DNA of 63,008 nucleotides, the filler included, from Octopus bimaculoides (taxonomy: Eukaryota): assembly GCF_001194135.2 (NCBI RefSeq). It is 5 parts of 4 records of this genome, joined end to end, with 100 filler letters (N's around TTAATTAATTAA, not from the genome) between each part and the next. Parts side by side here need not be neighbours in the genome. Positions count along the whole stretch, not along the records: positions 1 to 27,715 come from NC_068986.1; positions 27,816 to 46,075 come from NC_069007.1; 3 more parts are not named here. The stretch is one strand, 5' to 3'. The position numbers and the translations under genes are program-made. The notes beneath the pieces are model-generated. The model made no database searches. It was not told the DNA's origin and was given only the letters and a program-made list of their open reading frames with translations. Of the stretch, positions 14,401 to 28,243 are shown piece after piece. The stretch's first letter is position 1. Every line of letters begins with the position of its first letter.

Positions 14401-15589
14401 CTAGTTTGGAAGACAGTGTGTCTGGAATTATTTAGAGTCATTTATCAACATGAATTTAAAATCTGTAGGGATATTGCATTTGTGTTGGTAAAAGCACAAC
14501 AGATCTGGTGCAATAGACATAAATTAGTCGTGACACATTCTGTTGTTTAGAGATTTGAGGTTTTCGACGGCTTAAGGTCACATGTTTTAATGTTTTTTGA
14601 AGTGTATATTAATATAGTCTCGAGCTTTATAATGCAAGTTTGCTACAATATGTGAAGAATAGAATATGTATTTAGTGTGTATATGTGTTCTGATATATAT
14701 ATTTCTAAATGTATATATATATATACATATAAATTAAGTTATATATTATAGATAAGTCAGATACACACACACACACACACACACACANNNNNNNNNNNNN
14801 NNNNNNNNNNNNNNNNNNNNNNNNNNNNNNNNNNNNNNNNNNNNNNNNNNNNNNNNNNNNNNNNNNNNNNNNNNNNNNNNNNNNNNNNNNNNNNNNNNNN
14901 NNNNNNNNNNNNNNNNNNNNNNNNNNNNNNNNNNNNNNNATATATATATATATAAAGAGACAGAGATAGACAGAGAGACAGAATCAGAGATAGTAGCAGA
15001 GAAAAGAGATGCTTCATTTCGACGTTGCTCCGAGTTCCTTATTTGTTGTCAATGGTCGATCGAAAAAGTCAGTTGGGACAAACTAACAACAATATTTAGC
15101 AATCTTGACCGAAGCTCTTTTATCCACAACCAGTTCACCTTATTACCTGTTCACTCATTTCCTTCTCATCTGTAGTGTTAATGCGTTGTTTCGGTGAATG
15201 AGCGTTGCTGGTCGATCTCCATAGATTGACACAGGTAATATTTAGAAACCATTTTAATTTTATATAGACTAAATAACATAGGTGAGTCTAATTTGCATAA
15301 CAGTCCATATGCTATGGTATCCTGATTCAAAAATTGTTTTAGTTGGACACTGCTTTATCAATTATTTTAATTCAAGACAAATCAAATGTTTCTACTTATG
15401 TAGCCTCATCTAAACTGATGAGTTTAATTTGCATTAGAGTGTCTATGGTATGAACGTGGATTAGTTAACTCTATGCCGTGCATTCATGAAGAATACACGA
15501 CAGAACATTTGAAAAGTAATATAAATTTTTATTGGGAGTCATTGCTGTTTATAGAAGTTCTCTTATACATGCTTATGGTCACTTAAACA

Positions 15590-16440
15590 CTATCACTAGC
15601 TACGCCGATGACACAAAATTATCACAGACAATGAAGAATCCTAAAGATGTCGCAAGCTTACAACAGGACCTAAATGCAATATTTATGAATGAGTTAAAGA
15701 AAACAACATGCCGTTTAATGCTGGAAAATGTCAAGCACTGCGCTATCATTTCACGAATGCAACACAGCCTGCATAAACAAGACCCAAAAGTACTGCAGTT
15801 TCAGAGTGACGGACAATAAGAAACTTGAGGATGTGTAATGATTCACCATTTCATGTGCACATTGCCAAGATGGCAACTGCTCGAACAATTAGCAGGATGG
15901 ATACTAAGGCCCTTCAGGACAAGAAACCAAGATGACATGTTGAGCCTATGGAAGCTCTTTGTTTCCAGCCGCCTATAATACTAATCTCGGTTGCGGCCAC
16001 CACATAGTTCCAAATTAACAGCGGAGCTTCGAATGGATCCAACGTTACTACAGTAAAAAGATTAGCAGAACAGCAAATGAACTACAGGGAGAGGTTGTAC
16101 AGCTTTATTCCCTGAAGCGAAGACGCTCGTAATATGTAACAATCTACATATGGATAAATATGGATGGGCTAATTTCAGCATCAAACATTATATAAATGTC
16201 TAAAGCAAGACGTCAATACGTTGTATCAAAAGTATTGTTTAGCCCATCTACAGTCAGAACTTGGTAGTGCAAGGTCCACAGCTCTTCAATGCCCTGCAAA
16301 AAAGAATTAAGAAACCTACTCAATGTGGATATCTTCAAATAGAAACTGGACATTTTCCTGTCCACAATGCCGGATGAAACAACGTCCGGCCATGTTGTAC
16401 AGGTGAGTGCAGCAGTGTGAATCTCCTATCAAGCCTAGTA
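15590..16440 (+). mobile_element. Decayed LINE (CR1/L2-group) reverse transcriptase C-terminus and 3' end
   Basis: YADDTKLSQTMKNPKDVASLQQDLNAIF carries the RT YADD motif. The 3' segment FK.KLD.FLS.MPDE resembles 33190-33330. Many stops. Confidence 0.8.
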
Positions 16441-16952
16441 ACAAGGTACATTCACGTGCATAAGTGGTGATATGAAGTCCCAAAAGGCAATATTTGTCCC
16501 GTACCAGTCGTTGATGTGAGAGGAGGTTCTCTCATAATAAATAACGCATGGTAAATAACACAGTATACAGTGTTCTAACTCAACATCCTCATTTAAGTAA
16601 GGACAAATATTACTTTTTAGTAGTAATACTGCTTCTGTCACAATGAATTATTTTTTAATAAGCCTACTGGCTATTTGCGACACCAGTACCTGAACAGATA
16701 TTTAGATTCTATATACTACAGACGGGGGAAATCAGCTGTTATGTCTAGCCGCGGACGTCTGTCATTCACAAGATCAAGTAAAGCCGAAATCACGTGATCT
16801 TGTACTTCCGGCGATGGTAGCGAACGATTATCTCCCACCAGAGATATAATCATGAGTCCTTGTATGCAGCACAGCTCCATATGAGAGGTTTTCTTATGGT
16901 AAACACAGTAGTGTTTTGTGTCCAAACACAATAACCACTTTTAAGTGGGGAC

Positions 16953-17026
<74 letters not shown>

Positions 17027-19399
17027 TCTTAAATATGTGTATATATATTTATTATGCATATATTTATATTTAAATATGTATAATAATTATGTATATTAAT
17101 ATATGTATTATGCGCATATCTATACATATGTGTGTGTGAGTGTGTGTATGTGTGTGTGTGTACATATTTACACTTACACATACATTGGTATAAAGATATA
17201 CATGAGTATGTGTGTCTGTTTGTTAGCGCTCATACGTGTCTCTGTGTGTGTGTATGTGCTTGATTAAGATATAAAAGCTTTGAACAAAGGAATTATTTCA
17301 TGATTTAGATGATTTATAGGCTTCCTATAATTTAGGAATCTTGTTATACAAAAAAGTATTTCATCGATCTGAAGACGTATCCTGATATCATAATAGATTT
17401 ATTATATATTCTGAGCTCGAAATGGGTCTTACATGTTTTCTATTAATGTTTAATGGAACATTTACAATATGAGTATGTATATCACTGATGTATTTGAAGT
17501 ATTTTCTTTCTTACACTCGCATTAAGTTACAGTTTTATATATAAAATTGAATAGAATATCGTGGTGTTGATGTATTTTGAAAGATAATTATGGATATCAA
17601 GCAAGAAAAAAATAATGGTAAACGGAAAAAAAAGCTAATTTGAGAGCTGAAAGAACACGTAACGTGGAAACCATTCAGATAAATGCAATACCACAGAGTT
17701 TTTATAATCAAAAGAGAACTCTCTGGTGAATAGGTTTTATGTAGGCTATGTATTATTTCGCTGCAATGTCTATTTATCTGCAGTCCGGTTTTAGAACCAA
17801 GACTCTAATTGACCAAGGCGAACATGAGCAATAGTTGCATGAGTAAAAAGCAACTGAAGTATTTATTTAATGTTTGTCTAAAGTAGTGAGGTACTAAATT
17901 ATTCTAGTCAAAGTTTTGAAATGTCTATTCTATTCCCATTGGAGGAATTAAGTAGTGTTGTGTAATCTTCACTTATCCTTGTTTTTTAATAATTCTGCCG
18001 GATTATGTATACTATCAATGTTAATGTCCATCTATTAACACGGAACAGCGATGAATTAAATCTCATCACCAGCAAGCATGATAGACATTCTAGTCCAAAT
18101 CCAGTCTGACATACGATAGACTGTTTAGTAACGCTCTCAACAACATCATCGTCCTTCTCGTCACCCAACCGACGTCATTCACGCTAGTGTACGAAACGTT
18201 CCTTCCGCACGTAAACTGGTACTTAACTATTCCATGTGTTTCGTTCCAAACGTGATAACAATGTATGCATCTATTAAATCATGATGTCTCAGATCTTTTA
18301 AATGTATTTCCTTGGAGTATGCGGGAGGGATATGATGATGAGTGTAAGAGAAAGACAGAGACAGTGAATGACGAATCGGTTTTCAAGACTGAACGATATG
18401 TATATTCCTTGAAATACAGCAAATTGGCAGAGTTGTTAGAGAGTTGCATAGAATGCCTCGCGCTATTTATTCCGATTCTTTACGCTGTGAGTTCAAAGCA
18501 TACCGAAGTCAACTTTGTCATTCATCCTTTCGGAGTCGATAAAAATCTACCAATCCAGAGGGTTAGATTGGCGGAAATGTTAGAAGGTTGAGCGAGATGG
18601 GGGTTTTTTTTATATCTCCTCTGCTTTTGTCTTCTGACAGCAACTTCTAGTCTTTCTCAAACACTCCCCTCTCCATGCCACCGATATTTGAAGACTTCTA
18701 CGCTTGCCTATAGACTGAGATAAGTAGTCATAATTGGCCATAGAATGTTCTACGTATACGTCGGAGCTCCTGCGCTTTGACTTTATGTGCATTATAGGGA
18801 GAAAGATGAAAAAAAGGGATGAAAATGTAGGGATGCATTGTGCTGTGTTTGGGCTAAGTGAAATTGGCGATAAAACGAATTGCAAGTAGTCGGCTTGTTT
18901 TGTTTTCAACAGGTGCGATATTTAAAGTCTAACTTTTGCTTTGCAAGTTCTTATAGGCTGATGCAACAAGATTACAAGTGAACCTTCTGGCACAGGACCA
19001 GAAGACCCAGCTTTAATATGAATGATAACAGAGATCCTATATCATACGAACAGGAAAATATCTTTTATTGTTTTACTTGTAAGTTTTACAGATTTTACTT
19101 TTATAAGAAGTTGTCTCGTAGTTGGTGACGGAGCGCGGATTCTGAGATTTAGAAAACGTGACATATGGGAAATATGAACAGACATATGTTGGAAGCTTGT
19201 CTTCACTTCCTTATTACCGTCAGATGTGTCATGGATACCCTCCTGCCAAGAAAAACATAAAACTGAAGGATCTCCGACCGGGATAGCTAGAGTATCAAAA
19301 ATGTATTGCGAGGATCTGAAGGTATTGTGTGGTCGAAATATCTAAGGTGAGTTACTAAACGATGTATGCATTAGGTGGTCATAAACAACTTCCACATAC

Positions 19400-19467
19400 A
19401 ATCATCGTATATCTGTAATCATCGTATATCTGTAATCATCGTATATCTGTAATCATCGTATATACGT
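19400..19467. repeat. 17-bp tandem repeat (AATCATCGTATATCTGT) x4
   Basis: Directly visible. Confidence 0.9.
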
Positions 19468-19973
19468 AAGGTTAATTAAAGACATTGCAACATAAAGGTG
19501 ACAATAAAATTCATGAGCAACATGTAATTTTTCTCTTTTGCTATTTAAGATAAGTTGATGCCGACTGTAAATGTTTAAAATAAAAGTATTGACCGTATTC
19601 TTCATTTATGTTTGGAAACCAATATAGAATATCGATTATATATTTAGAGAAACATCACTATGTCGTAAATACATTAGGATATGAAAGAGAATCAACAGTG
19701 AGTAACTGTTAAATGGGCGTTTGTATGAATGAATGAATGTATGTATGTATGTGTATGCGTGTGACAGTATGAATGTGTATATATGCATATATACATGTAG
19801 GTGTATCTACCTATCAACCTAGCGATCAATGTATCTATCTGTCTATCTATCTGTCTATCTATCTATCTCTCTATCAANNNNNNNNNNNNNNNNNNNNNNN
19901 NNNNNNNNNNNNNNNNNNNNNNNNNNNNNNNNNNNNNNNNNNNNNNNNNNNNNNNNNNNNNNNNNNNNNNNNN

Positions 19974-20007
<34 letters not shown>

Positions 20008-20543
20008 AGGGAGATAAAGAGACCAACAGCGAGAAGAGGAGAAATGAAAGTGAGAGATATGTGTATATGTGTGAGTTCCTTAACTGTACCGAGTGAATCG
20101 AATGGCGGCGACTATTCTCAGAGTCAATGAACAGGAAAGCGAAGAAGTCGGCGATCGATTGTAATGATGTCAAAATTCAACGTCGGTTCCGCTAGCTAAA
20201 TAAACCAGAGATGTGTTAAAAGAGCTGAGTGTATTGTATATGAAAGTATAATTATGGGTGCTATGACAATAATATGGACAGTATATGTATATGCGTGAGA
20301 GAGCGTAATAGAGTGGGTGATATAGATATGTAAAACCGTAATAGAGTTATAGTTATGATGATTGCCCCTTGGCCAGTTTAAAGAAATATTACAGAATAAG
20401 CAGGGCAATACATGAGACTGTTTAAATATTATATATATATGGAATAATAGTAAAATTTGTTGTTTATATGTCTACCGCAAAGATTTACAAATATATATGT
20501 GTGTGAATTTGTGTGTGCGTGTGTGTATACATTTATATATATC

Positions 20544-20645
<102 letters not shown>

Positions 20646-20799
20646 CGCATTTAATGGTGCGAAGATATATAGCAACATTACTCATAGTTATGAAATTGAA
20701 GTCATAAACATACTTGCTAGAATGGTTTTGTTATTAAATTCAAGAAGAGGTAGAAGGAAATTTTATTGTAGATCGCCTTCAATTAATTTGGGAAACTAA

Positions 20800-21960
20800 C
20801 TACGTTTTGGTCAGTAACACAGCCTGCAGATAAATATCAGGAATATTCATGGGTCTAGAGCTGTCCCAACATATTCCAATTTACTCATGGGATACTATGA
20901 AGCAGCGAAAATTTAAGAAAAATCCTCACAAACATTTAGAGATGAATTCAGCTGCAATTTGAAAGAAAAATATAAGAGATATCTACACGATTGTTTCATT
21001 CTGTTTCATTTTATGAGCGGGGAATATTGGCAGATTGAATCAGTTCTAGAAGATCAACGACATAAACATTCATATTCAATTCACTGTGGAGTTCAGTAAT
21101 GATAATCTACCCTTATTAGATATTATAGCAAAATGAAATTCAGTATTAGAAATTGGCATACGTTTTAAACCCACCGACTCGTGACAGCACCTTTTTACCG
21201 CTTATCATCTGAAACATACTCAAACAAATATTCCATTTCACTTTGAAAAACAAATTTGCACAAATGTGTCAAACCAAGGAGTAGAAGAAATGGAAAGCTC
21301 TTTATCAAAGGAAAATATCCAAGAAATCCGTTTTAGGTTTGAATTCAAAATGCAAAGCCAATTAACATCCGTAAGCTTCGTATAACAAAGTACAAAAAGG
21401 ACTAAAATGTTATCGCATCCATTTTAGCTTTCAACCCAAGTAACATCGAAATTTTTACCAATACCCGTAAAAACCTTCCAATATTCTTGCAGGTCCATTA
21501 AACGTAAAATGTCATGGAAAACATCCAATTATAAAAGGATCCAAGCGAAATCAGTAAGAACGTTATTGATCAATGCAAATTCTACATACACAAACTACGT
21601 ACTATAAAGTCAGTAAATGAAACTGACCAAACTGTAGCATGGAAAGGTTGCTGTAAACACTACATTGGACAAACAGGTATGACGCTCAGAAAAAAAAATG
21701 ACGGTACATTGTCTAAATACCAGGGAACCATAAACTAGTAAAATGCCCACTCAGTAGCATCTCTTGTGGAGGACAGTTCTGACCAAAGTATTCATATTTC
21801 ACATTTTGTCAGAGTATAGATTCAACTGGGGAACGACCAGGAAGCAATAAAGAAATATATTTTATTAACAAATACAAACCGAAATTTACAGCATGGTTGA
21901 CAGAAGGACCGTAAAATAAAATGATTTGCTGAAAGGCATAATATACTCTCTTTTACAAGA
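20800..21960 (+). mobile_element. Decayed Penelope-like element (RT plus GIY-YIG)
   Basis: Fragments YSNLLMGYYE, KYKRYLHDCFILF, QFTVEFSNDNLPLLDI, FKPTDS and YIGQTGMTLR parallel the better-preserved copy at 59040-60516. Confidence 0.75.
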
Positions 21961-22836
21961 AATTAAACCGCAGCGTTATGACCAGTCTAAACATTTACGC
22001 ACATTCTTTCACACTGCTAATGATAATAGCTTGTGATTTAGACCCAAGACCGACCAGCAATAAGAGGATATTGATCGGTGAAGAGATTAGAAGATGAAAG
22101 ATATGTGTTACTCCGGCGGGACTGGAACCTAGAAGATAATGAGTCGAAAGAAATTCCCCAAAGCATTTTATCTGAAGTTCTACTGTTTTTTTATGCTTTG
22201 CCGTCTTTTGCACGTTTCATAATATCAGGAAAAAAAAAAGATAAGGGCGCGGAATATGAGGCGAGTAGAGTTTTGATGTTTACAGGAAGCACCAACCGCT
22301 CTCGATGAAGGTTAAATTTGAAGTACTACATACAATCTGATCATACGAGAATGAATATTTCCTGATTTTGTTTTTATCTAAAATTCTATATTCAGAGTTT
22401 CAACATATTTCGAAACAGAATATAGTCTGTTACATGAAGATTTAAATTTTATTCTTCTTCTTGTCTTTTTTTAAATTTTTCATTGAAACATCTATTTCAG
22501 TTGGAATTATTTTTTCTCCATCTACGATTCTTTTCTTCTTTCAGATTAATTATATGACTTTAATCATTTCTTTTATATATCATTTAAATTAATACTTATA
22601 TATTCCATATAACTTTATTTTATTTTTATATTTTAATGCTATATATTTCTATGCTATCATTATTATTATGATTTTTTAGTTGAGAAAATATAAAATATAA
22701 TCTCATTTCATAAAATTAACCGGAGGTTGTTTTCTGATTTTTTTTACTGCCTGTCAGAAATATTCTCAATATATGGTTCCTTGTGAGCATATATATTATT
22801 TTTGTAACTGTGTATATATATTTATATTTATATATA

Positions 22837-22890
<54 letters not shown>

Positions 22891-23410
22891 NNNNNNNNNN
22901 AGAAAAACAAATGGCGAAGGCAGGTATATAAACAAAAAGCAGGTATATATATGTATGTGTGTGTGTGTGTGTGTGTGTGTTTATGTGTATCTATACCTTT
23001 GCTCAAGTCTCCATGTATGCGTGTGAGTTTTACTTCTGGGGTGCATGAAAGTTGTTGGGTTTTTTTTTGAAAAAACGTCAATAAAGACCTCTTCATTAAA
23101 CGTTGAATATACAGTATTATATATGCATTACAAAGATGGCAAAAAATATATTTACATTTAATGAATACAAGTTAATTAACCATTTGGAGTGTCAAATTAG
23201 CGTGGAGAAGATAAAAGACTTCATTATACTCGACGAATATTGTATACATTCATTAAATGTATTTCAAGACATTTACTTGTCACTACTTCATGATGACTTT
23301 CTGGAGACCTAAGGAGGAGATTGAAAATTTTCTTCAACATTCCTTCTATATATGTACATTTGCATACATTAGTGCCTATATGCATACATACATATATATG
23401 CATATGTGAA

Positions 23411-24316
23411 TCTACTACATATGTGGGAAATTCTGTCTGTGGGTGTGTTTGTAGAGTTGTTAGCTAACTGCTCCTACATCGTTTTATCGGCTTTAATGAA
23501 ACTTGACACGTGAGTACAACTCGTATCTGGAAACCTCATGGCATACACAGATTGTTGAAAAATCGATAATAGGGCCGCTAGAAGGGATCCTTATATATAT
23601 CTAATATATTTTATTTTAAAAACCAAGGTAAATAAACCATTTGTTCCTGGAAGGGATCCTTATATATATAGCCAAGGAAAATAACCCATTCATTTTCCTA
23701 AATTCTTTGGTAAAAATGAAATTGAGTATGCTTATTTCTTAGTATTTGAACTGTTAGAGTTATTTTCGCAATTTATCCAGTACAATCCTTAAACAATAAA
23801 TAGTATTTTCCTAAACAATAGATCCACTTATTTCGGTTAGTGACTTATTCACGAATATACCAACACTAGCACCCCTGAGGGTAATATATCTGGGAATGCA
23901 CAAAAGCCATTTTCAGAGTTATTTACTTTGAATTGTTGTTAACTCATATCTGTTATTACGTAACATGCTTCACAATTTTAGTATACATACCTTATTAGTA
24001 TTTCCTCCTATGTTCTATATACTCTGGGAACGCATTAAAGCCCTTTTCGGGGCTACTTCATTTGAATTCTTACTATCGGGTAACTAATATCATGTTATTA
24101 CATAACTGACTTCACAATGTGGGTATTCATAACGTATTGGGAATTCCTGAAAACAAGATCCTGTCTAAGACAGTTCGGTATTCTCTGTAAATGCACCAAA
24201 ACCGTTTTAAGGGCTACATTCTTTGTATTGTTGTTACTGGATTACTGAAACAATTACGACAACGGAACCTAGGGATAAGCCCCGCTTTTCCGAGAATTAC
24301 CGGGTATGTGAGCTAG
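23411..24316 (+). mobile_element. Non-autonomous Helitron-like element with internal degenerate repeats
   Basis: A|TC 5' end, CTAG|T 3' end preceded by a GC-rich CCG...CCGGG motif, no TSD. Three ~135-150-bp internal repeats at about 23890, 24024 and 24183. Confidence 0.55.
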
Positions 24317-25062
24317 TGTATGCATACATGCACATGTATGTATGAGGGTGTATTTATGTATATTCAAGTATACATAAGAGTAAATTTGAATGTTCATGCA
24401 TATCAGTTTGTAAATGAACATGCATAAATATGTGTATACATGTAGAGATACAGAAAGAGAGAGGGGGTAGAGAGATAGTTTGACAGAGACAAACAGACAG
24501 AGACTGCCAGACAGAGAGATCGAGAGACACAGAATTTTTAAGAGGAATAAAATGAAAATACTCAATGGATATAGCCAGGAGAAATGTTTGCTGTGATAAA
24601 GTAGTTGTACTTAACGTATTATTATGTGTTTGTGTGAGTGTGTGTATAGGTTCGTGCGTGTATGAGTGTATGTGTGCGCGCGCGTGCGTGTAACTCAGAT
24701 TGCCTATTGAGGTTTTATTTGAACAACATTATGAAATACAGAGATGTCAAATATGGAACAACATAAATTCACGATTTATCAAAATTATCTTCGATTCAAG
24801 ACTACCAAGTGACAATTAGAACCAACTCCACATGACTAGATGAGATAATTTCAAGTGTCAAGAATTTCTGGAAAGCTGACACAACGTTAAGGGAAAAAAA
24901 AGTAGGGTGCGTTTGACAGACTTGAACAAGTGCTTCTGGCTCACTACCCGTCATGTGCACGACAAGTGTCCAAGCTTAGATCCCAAAGGTATTTAGATCT
25001 ATACAAAAAGAGTAGAACATATTTATTGCTCAGGTAATTTGCCTAATTTGTACATACATATT

Positions 25063-25120
<58 letters not shown>

Positions 25121-27442
25121 NNNNNNNNNNNNNNNNNNNNNNNNNNNNNNNNNNNNNNNNNNNNNNNNNNNNNNNNNNNNNNNNNNNNNNNNNNNNNNNN
25201 NNNNNNNNNNNNNNNNNNNNNNNNNNNNNNNNNNNNNNNNNNNNNNNNNNNNNNNNNNNNNNNNNNNNNNNNNNNNNNNNNNNNNNNNNNNNNNNNNNNN
25301 NNNNNNNNNNNNNNNNNNNNNNNNNNNNNNNNNNNNNNNNNNNNNNNNNNNNNNNNNNNNNNNNNNNNNNNNNNNNNNNNNNNNNNNNNNNNNNNNNNNN
25401 NNNNNNNNNNNNNNNNNNNNNNNNNNNNNNNNNNNNNNNNNNNNNNNNNNNNNNNNNNNNNNNNNNNNNNNNNNNNNNNNNNNNNNNNNNNNNNNNNNNN
25501 NNNNNNNNNNNNNNNNNNNNNNNNNNNNNNNNNNNNNNNNNNNNNNNNNNNNNNNNNNNNNNNNNNNNNNNNNNNNNNNNNNNNNNNNNNNNNNNNNNNN
25601 NNNNNNNNNNNNNNNNNNNNNNNNNNNNNNNNNNNNNNNNNNNNNNNNNNNNNNNNNNNNNNNNNNNNNNNNNNNNNNNNNNNNNNNNNNNNNNNNNNNN
25701 NNNNNNNNNNNNNNNNNNNNNNNNNNNNNNNNNNNNNNNNNNNNNNNNNNNNNNNNNNNNNNNNNNNNNNNNNNNNNNNNNNNNNNNNNNNNNNNNNNNN
25801 NNNNNNNNNNNNNNNNNNNNNNNNNNNNNNNNNNNNNNNNNNNNNNNNNNNNNNNNNNNNNNNNNNNNNNNNNNNNNNNNNNNNNNNNNNNNNNNNNNNN
25901 NNNNNNNNNNNNNNNNNNNNNNNNNNNNNNNNNNNNNNNNNNNNNNNNNNNNNNNNNNNNNNNNNNNNNNNNNNNNNNNNNNNNNNNNNNNNNNNNNNNN
26001 NNNNNNNNNNNNNNNNNNNNNNNNNNNNNNNNNNNNNNNNNNNNNNNNNNNNNNNNNNNNNNNNNNNNNNNNNNNNNNNNNNNNNNNNNNNNNTTCTTAA
26101 TCTCTCCTTTGACAACTTTTTATCAGCAGAAGGACTCTGTTGGAAATATTGAATGTTTTTCACTCCTCACGACAAGTTCACTGTACTATTTTTTTGTGCA
26201 TTTTACTATATACGTATATACATAAACACACACACACTATATATATATTATTTAAAAGCTTCATTCGGTTCCGTGCTACTTCAGGTTTCGCACACCCCTA
26301 ACGGGAGCCCGATGCCTTCAAGCTACTGGTATACGTGAGCTGAGTGCCCTTTTCATTTGCCCGCTTACTTGTATATATATATATATATATATATGCGTGA
26401 GTGTGTGTGTTCGTGTGCATATGCACATATGGGCGCGCGTGTGTGTGGTGTGTTCGAGCTACATTTGATGATCTTTATGTCTCCTTTTTACAGCATTATA
26501 ATCTCTAATATAACACTGAAATACTTGCAAGCTGAATAACTAACATTAAACCATTTCCTATTCAATATTTTGTTGTACTTATGCCGCCCTAGAGGTATGA
26601 ACAGCCACGTACACGCCCATTAACTTTAAAAACATATATTTTAAGTATTATTTGAAAGCACTATTTTGTAACATTGCTTCAATACCAACACAGTTTTATG
26701 ACTTCGTTTGTAATAGTGTTTATGACGCTTATAATAATATTCTTCTCGAAATTTTGGGGAGGGTGCAAGTCGATTATATCGACCCCAGTACGCAACTGGT
26801 ACTTAATTTCTCGATCCCGAAAGGATGAAAGGTAAAGTCAACCTCTGCAGAATTTGAACTCAGAATGTAAAGACAGACGAAATACCACTAAGCATTTCGC
26901 CCGGCGTGCTATCGTTTCTGCCACCTCAATGCCTTGCTTATAAAAATATTAACACGAAAATCAGAAAAGAAAATCAAAAGCGTAAACTTATGAAGTCGTT
27001 TTCGCNNNNNNNNNNATGTATATATATGTATATATACATATATATACATACATACTTACTAACGCATATATATAAAGACACACATATATATAAATACACT
27101 CATGTGTGTGTGTGTGAAGCAAGATTACAAACATATTCCTAAATCTTTTGCGCTATCAGCCATGTTTAACTGACTTTGCTTAGCAACGGATTCAAAGCAA
27201 TGCGGCTGAAGGGTGGAAAGGTTCGAATATTTGTGTACGTTAGCATAATCCTGTTTACATAGATTCTATGTTATAATAAAGTAACCTAGAGTAGATTCTG
27301 CATGACCGCCTCTAATTCAAGACCATTTTATCGCTTCTGTTTTTATTCAATATAACAAAATTTATAAGCGTATATATTTGTGCGTGTGTGTTCTGAGAAA
27401 CAAGTATCGACAAAACTTCGAAGCAAACAGCCACTATCTATG

Positions 27443-27488
<46 letters not shown>

Positions 27489-27715
27489 CACATACATACA
27501 CACAGTTGAACAAATTCCAATCAGAATGGTTTGGCAAAAATAGTATAGTAAACTTGCCGCGGGGGATTGAAAAATATAATGTTTCCAATAGAGTACTTCT
27601 GGCAGATAAGGTTGACAGGATAGAAATTAAACAAAAACAGGAGAGTCCGACATCCTTTAAGTTAGAAAAAGTGGCCGCAACTGACAGAATGAAGAACTGT
27701 CTTTCCTTTCTTTTC

Positions 27716-27815
27716 NNNNNNNNNNNNNNNNNNNNNNNNNNNNNNNNNNNNNNNNNNNNTTAATTAATTAANNNNNNNNNNNNNNNNNNNNNNNNNNNNN
27801 NNNNNNNNNNNNNNN
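27716..27815. other. Synthetic scaffold-join linker (44N-TTAATTAATTAA-44N)
   Basis: The same 100-bp structure occurs four times in the window. Confidence 0.9.
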
Positions 27816-27859
27816 GCTAGCGATTAATTAAAATAATATAAGTGAGATTGCAGCTGTGG

Positions 27860-28243
27860 TCGATACCAGTGTTGCATAATCAGCCCATTTAAAAGTAAGC
27901 TTGAATCGTTGGGTGATATGCTGTGCTTGAGAAGACCTGTTGAGCTAAGTGAAATCATAGTTGTGGTCAATGCCAGTGCCGTCTGACTGGCACCCATGCT
28001 AGTGGCACGTAATAAGCATCATTCAAACGTGGGTCAATGCGTGCTGCCTGACTGGCTCCCATACTGGTGGCACATTAAAAGCACCTACTACACTCTAGGA
28101 GTGGTTTGCGTTAGGAAGGGCATCCAGCTGTAGAAACCTTGCCAGATCAGATTGGAGCCTGAGGTAGCCTACTGGCTTGCCGGTCCTCAGTCAAATCATC
28201 CAACCCATGCCAGCATGGAAAACGGGCGTTAAACGATGATGAT
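27860..28243 (+). mobile_element. RTE-type 3'-end retroposon, family E, with (GAT)n tail
   Basis: Shares ...GGAAGGGCATCCAGCTGTAGAAAC...CCCATGCYAGCATGGAAA...AAACGATGATG with 28845-28990, 32860-33190, 40578-40850, 43430-43600, 46176-46882, 51963-52312, 54770-54950 and 55995-56056. Confidence 0.85.

Noticed and set aside
23103-23312. LLHDDFL as TERT RT motif C
   Set aside because: Plus strand, a stop follows immediately, and there are no flanking RT motifs.
26285-26335. RTPLTGARCL resembling human TERT RPSLTGARRL
   Set aside because: Wrong strand, wrong phase and too short; likely chance.
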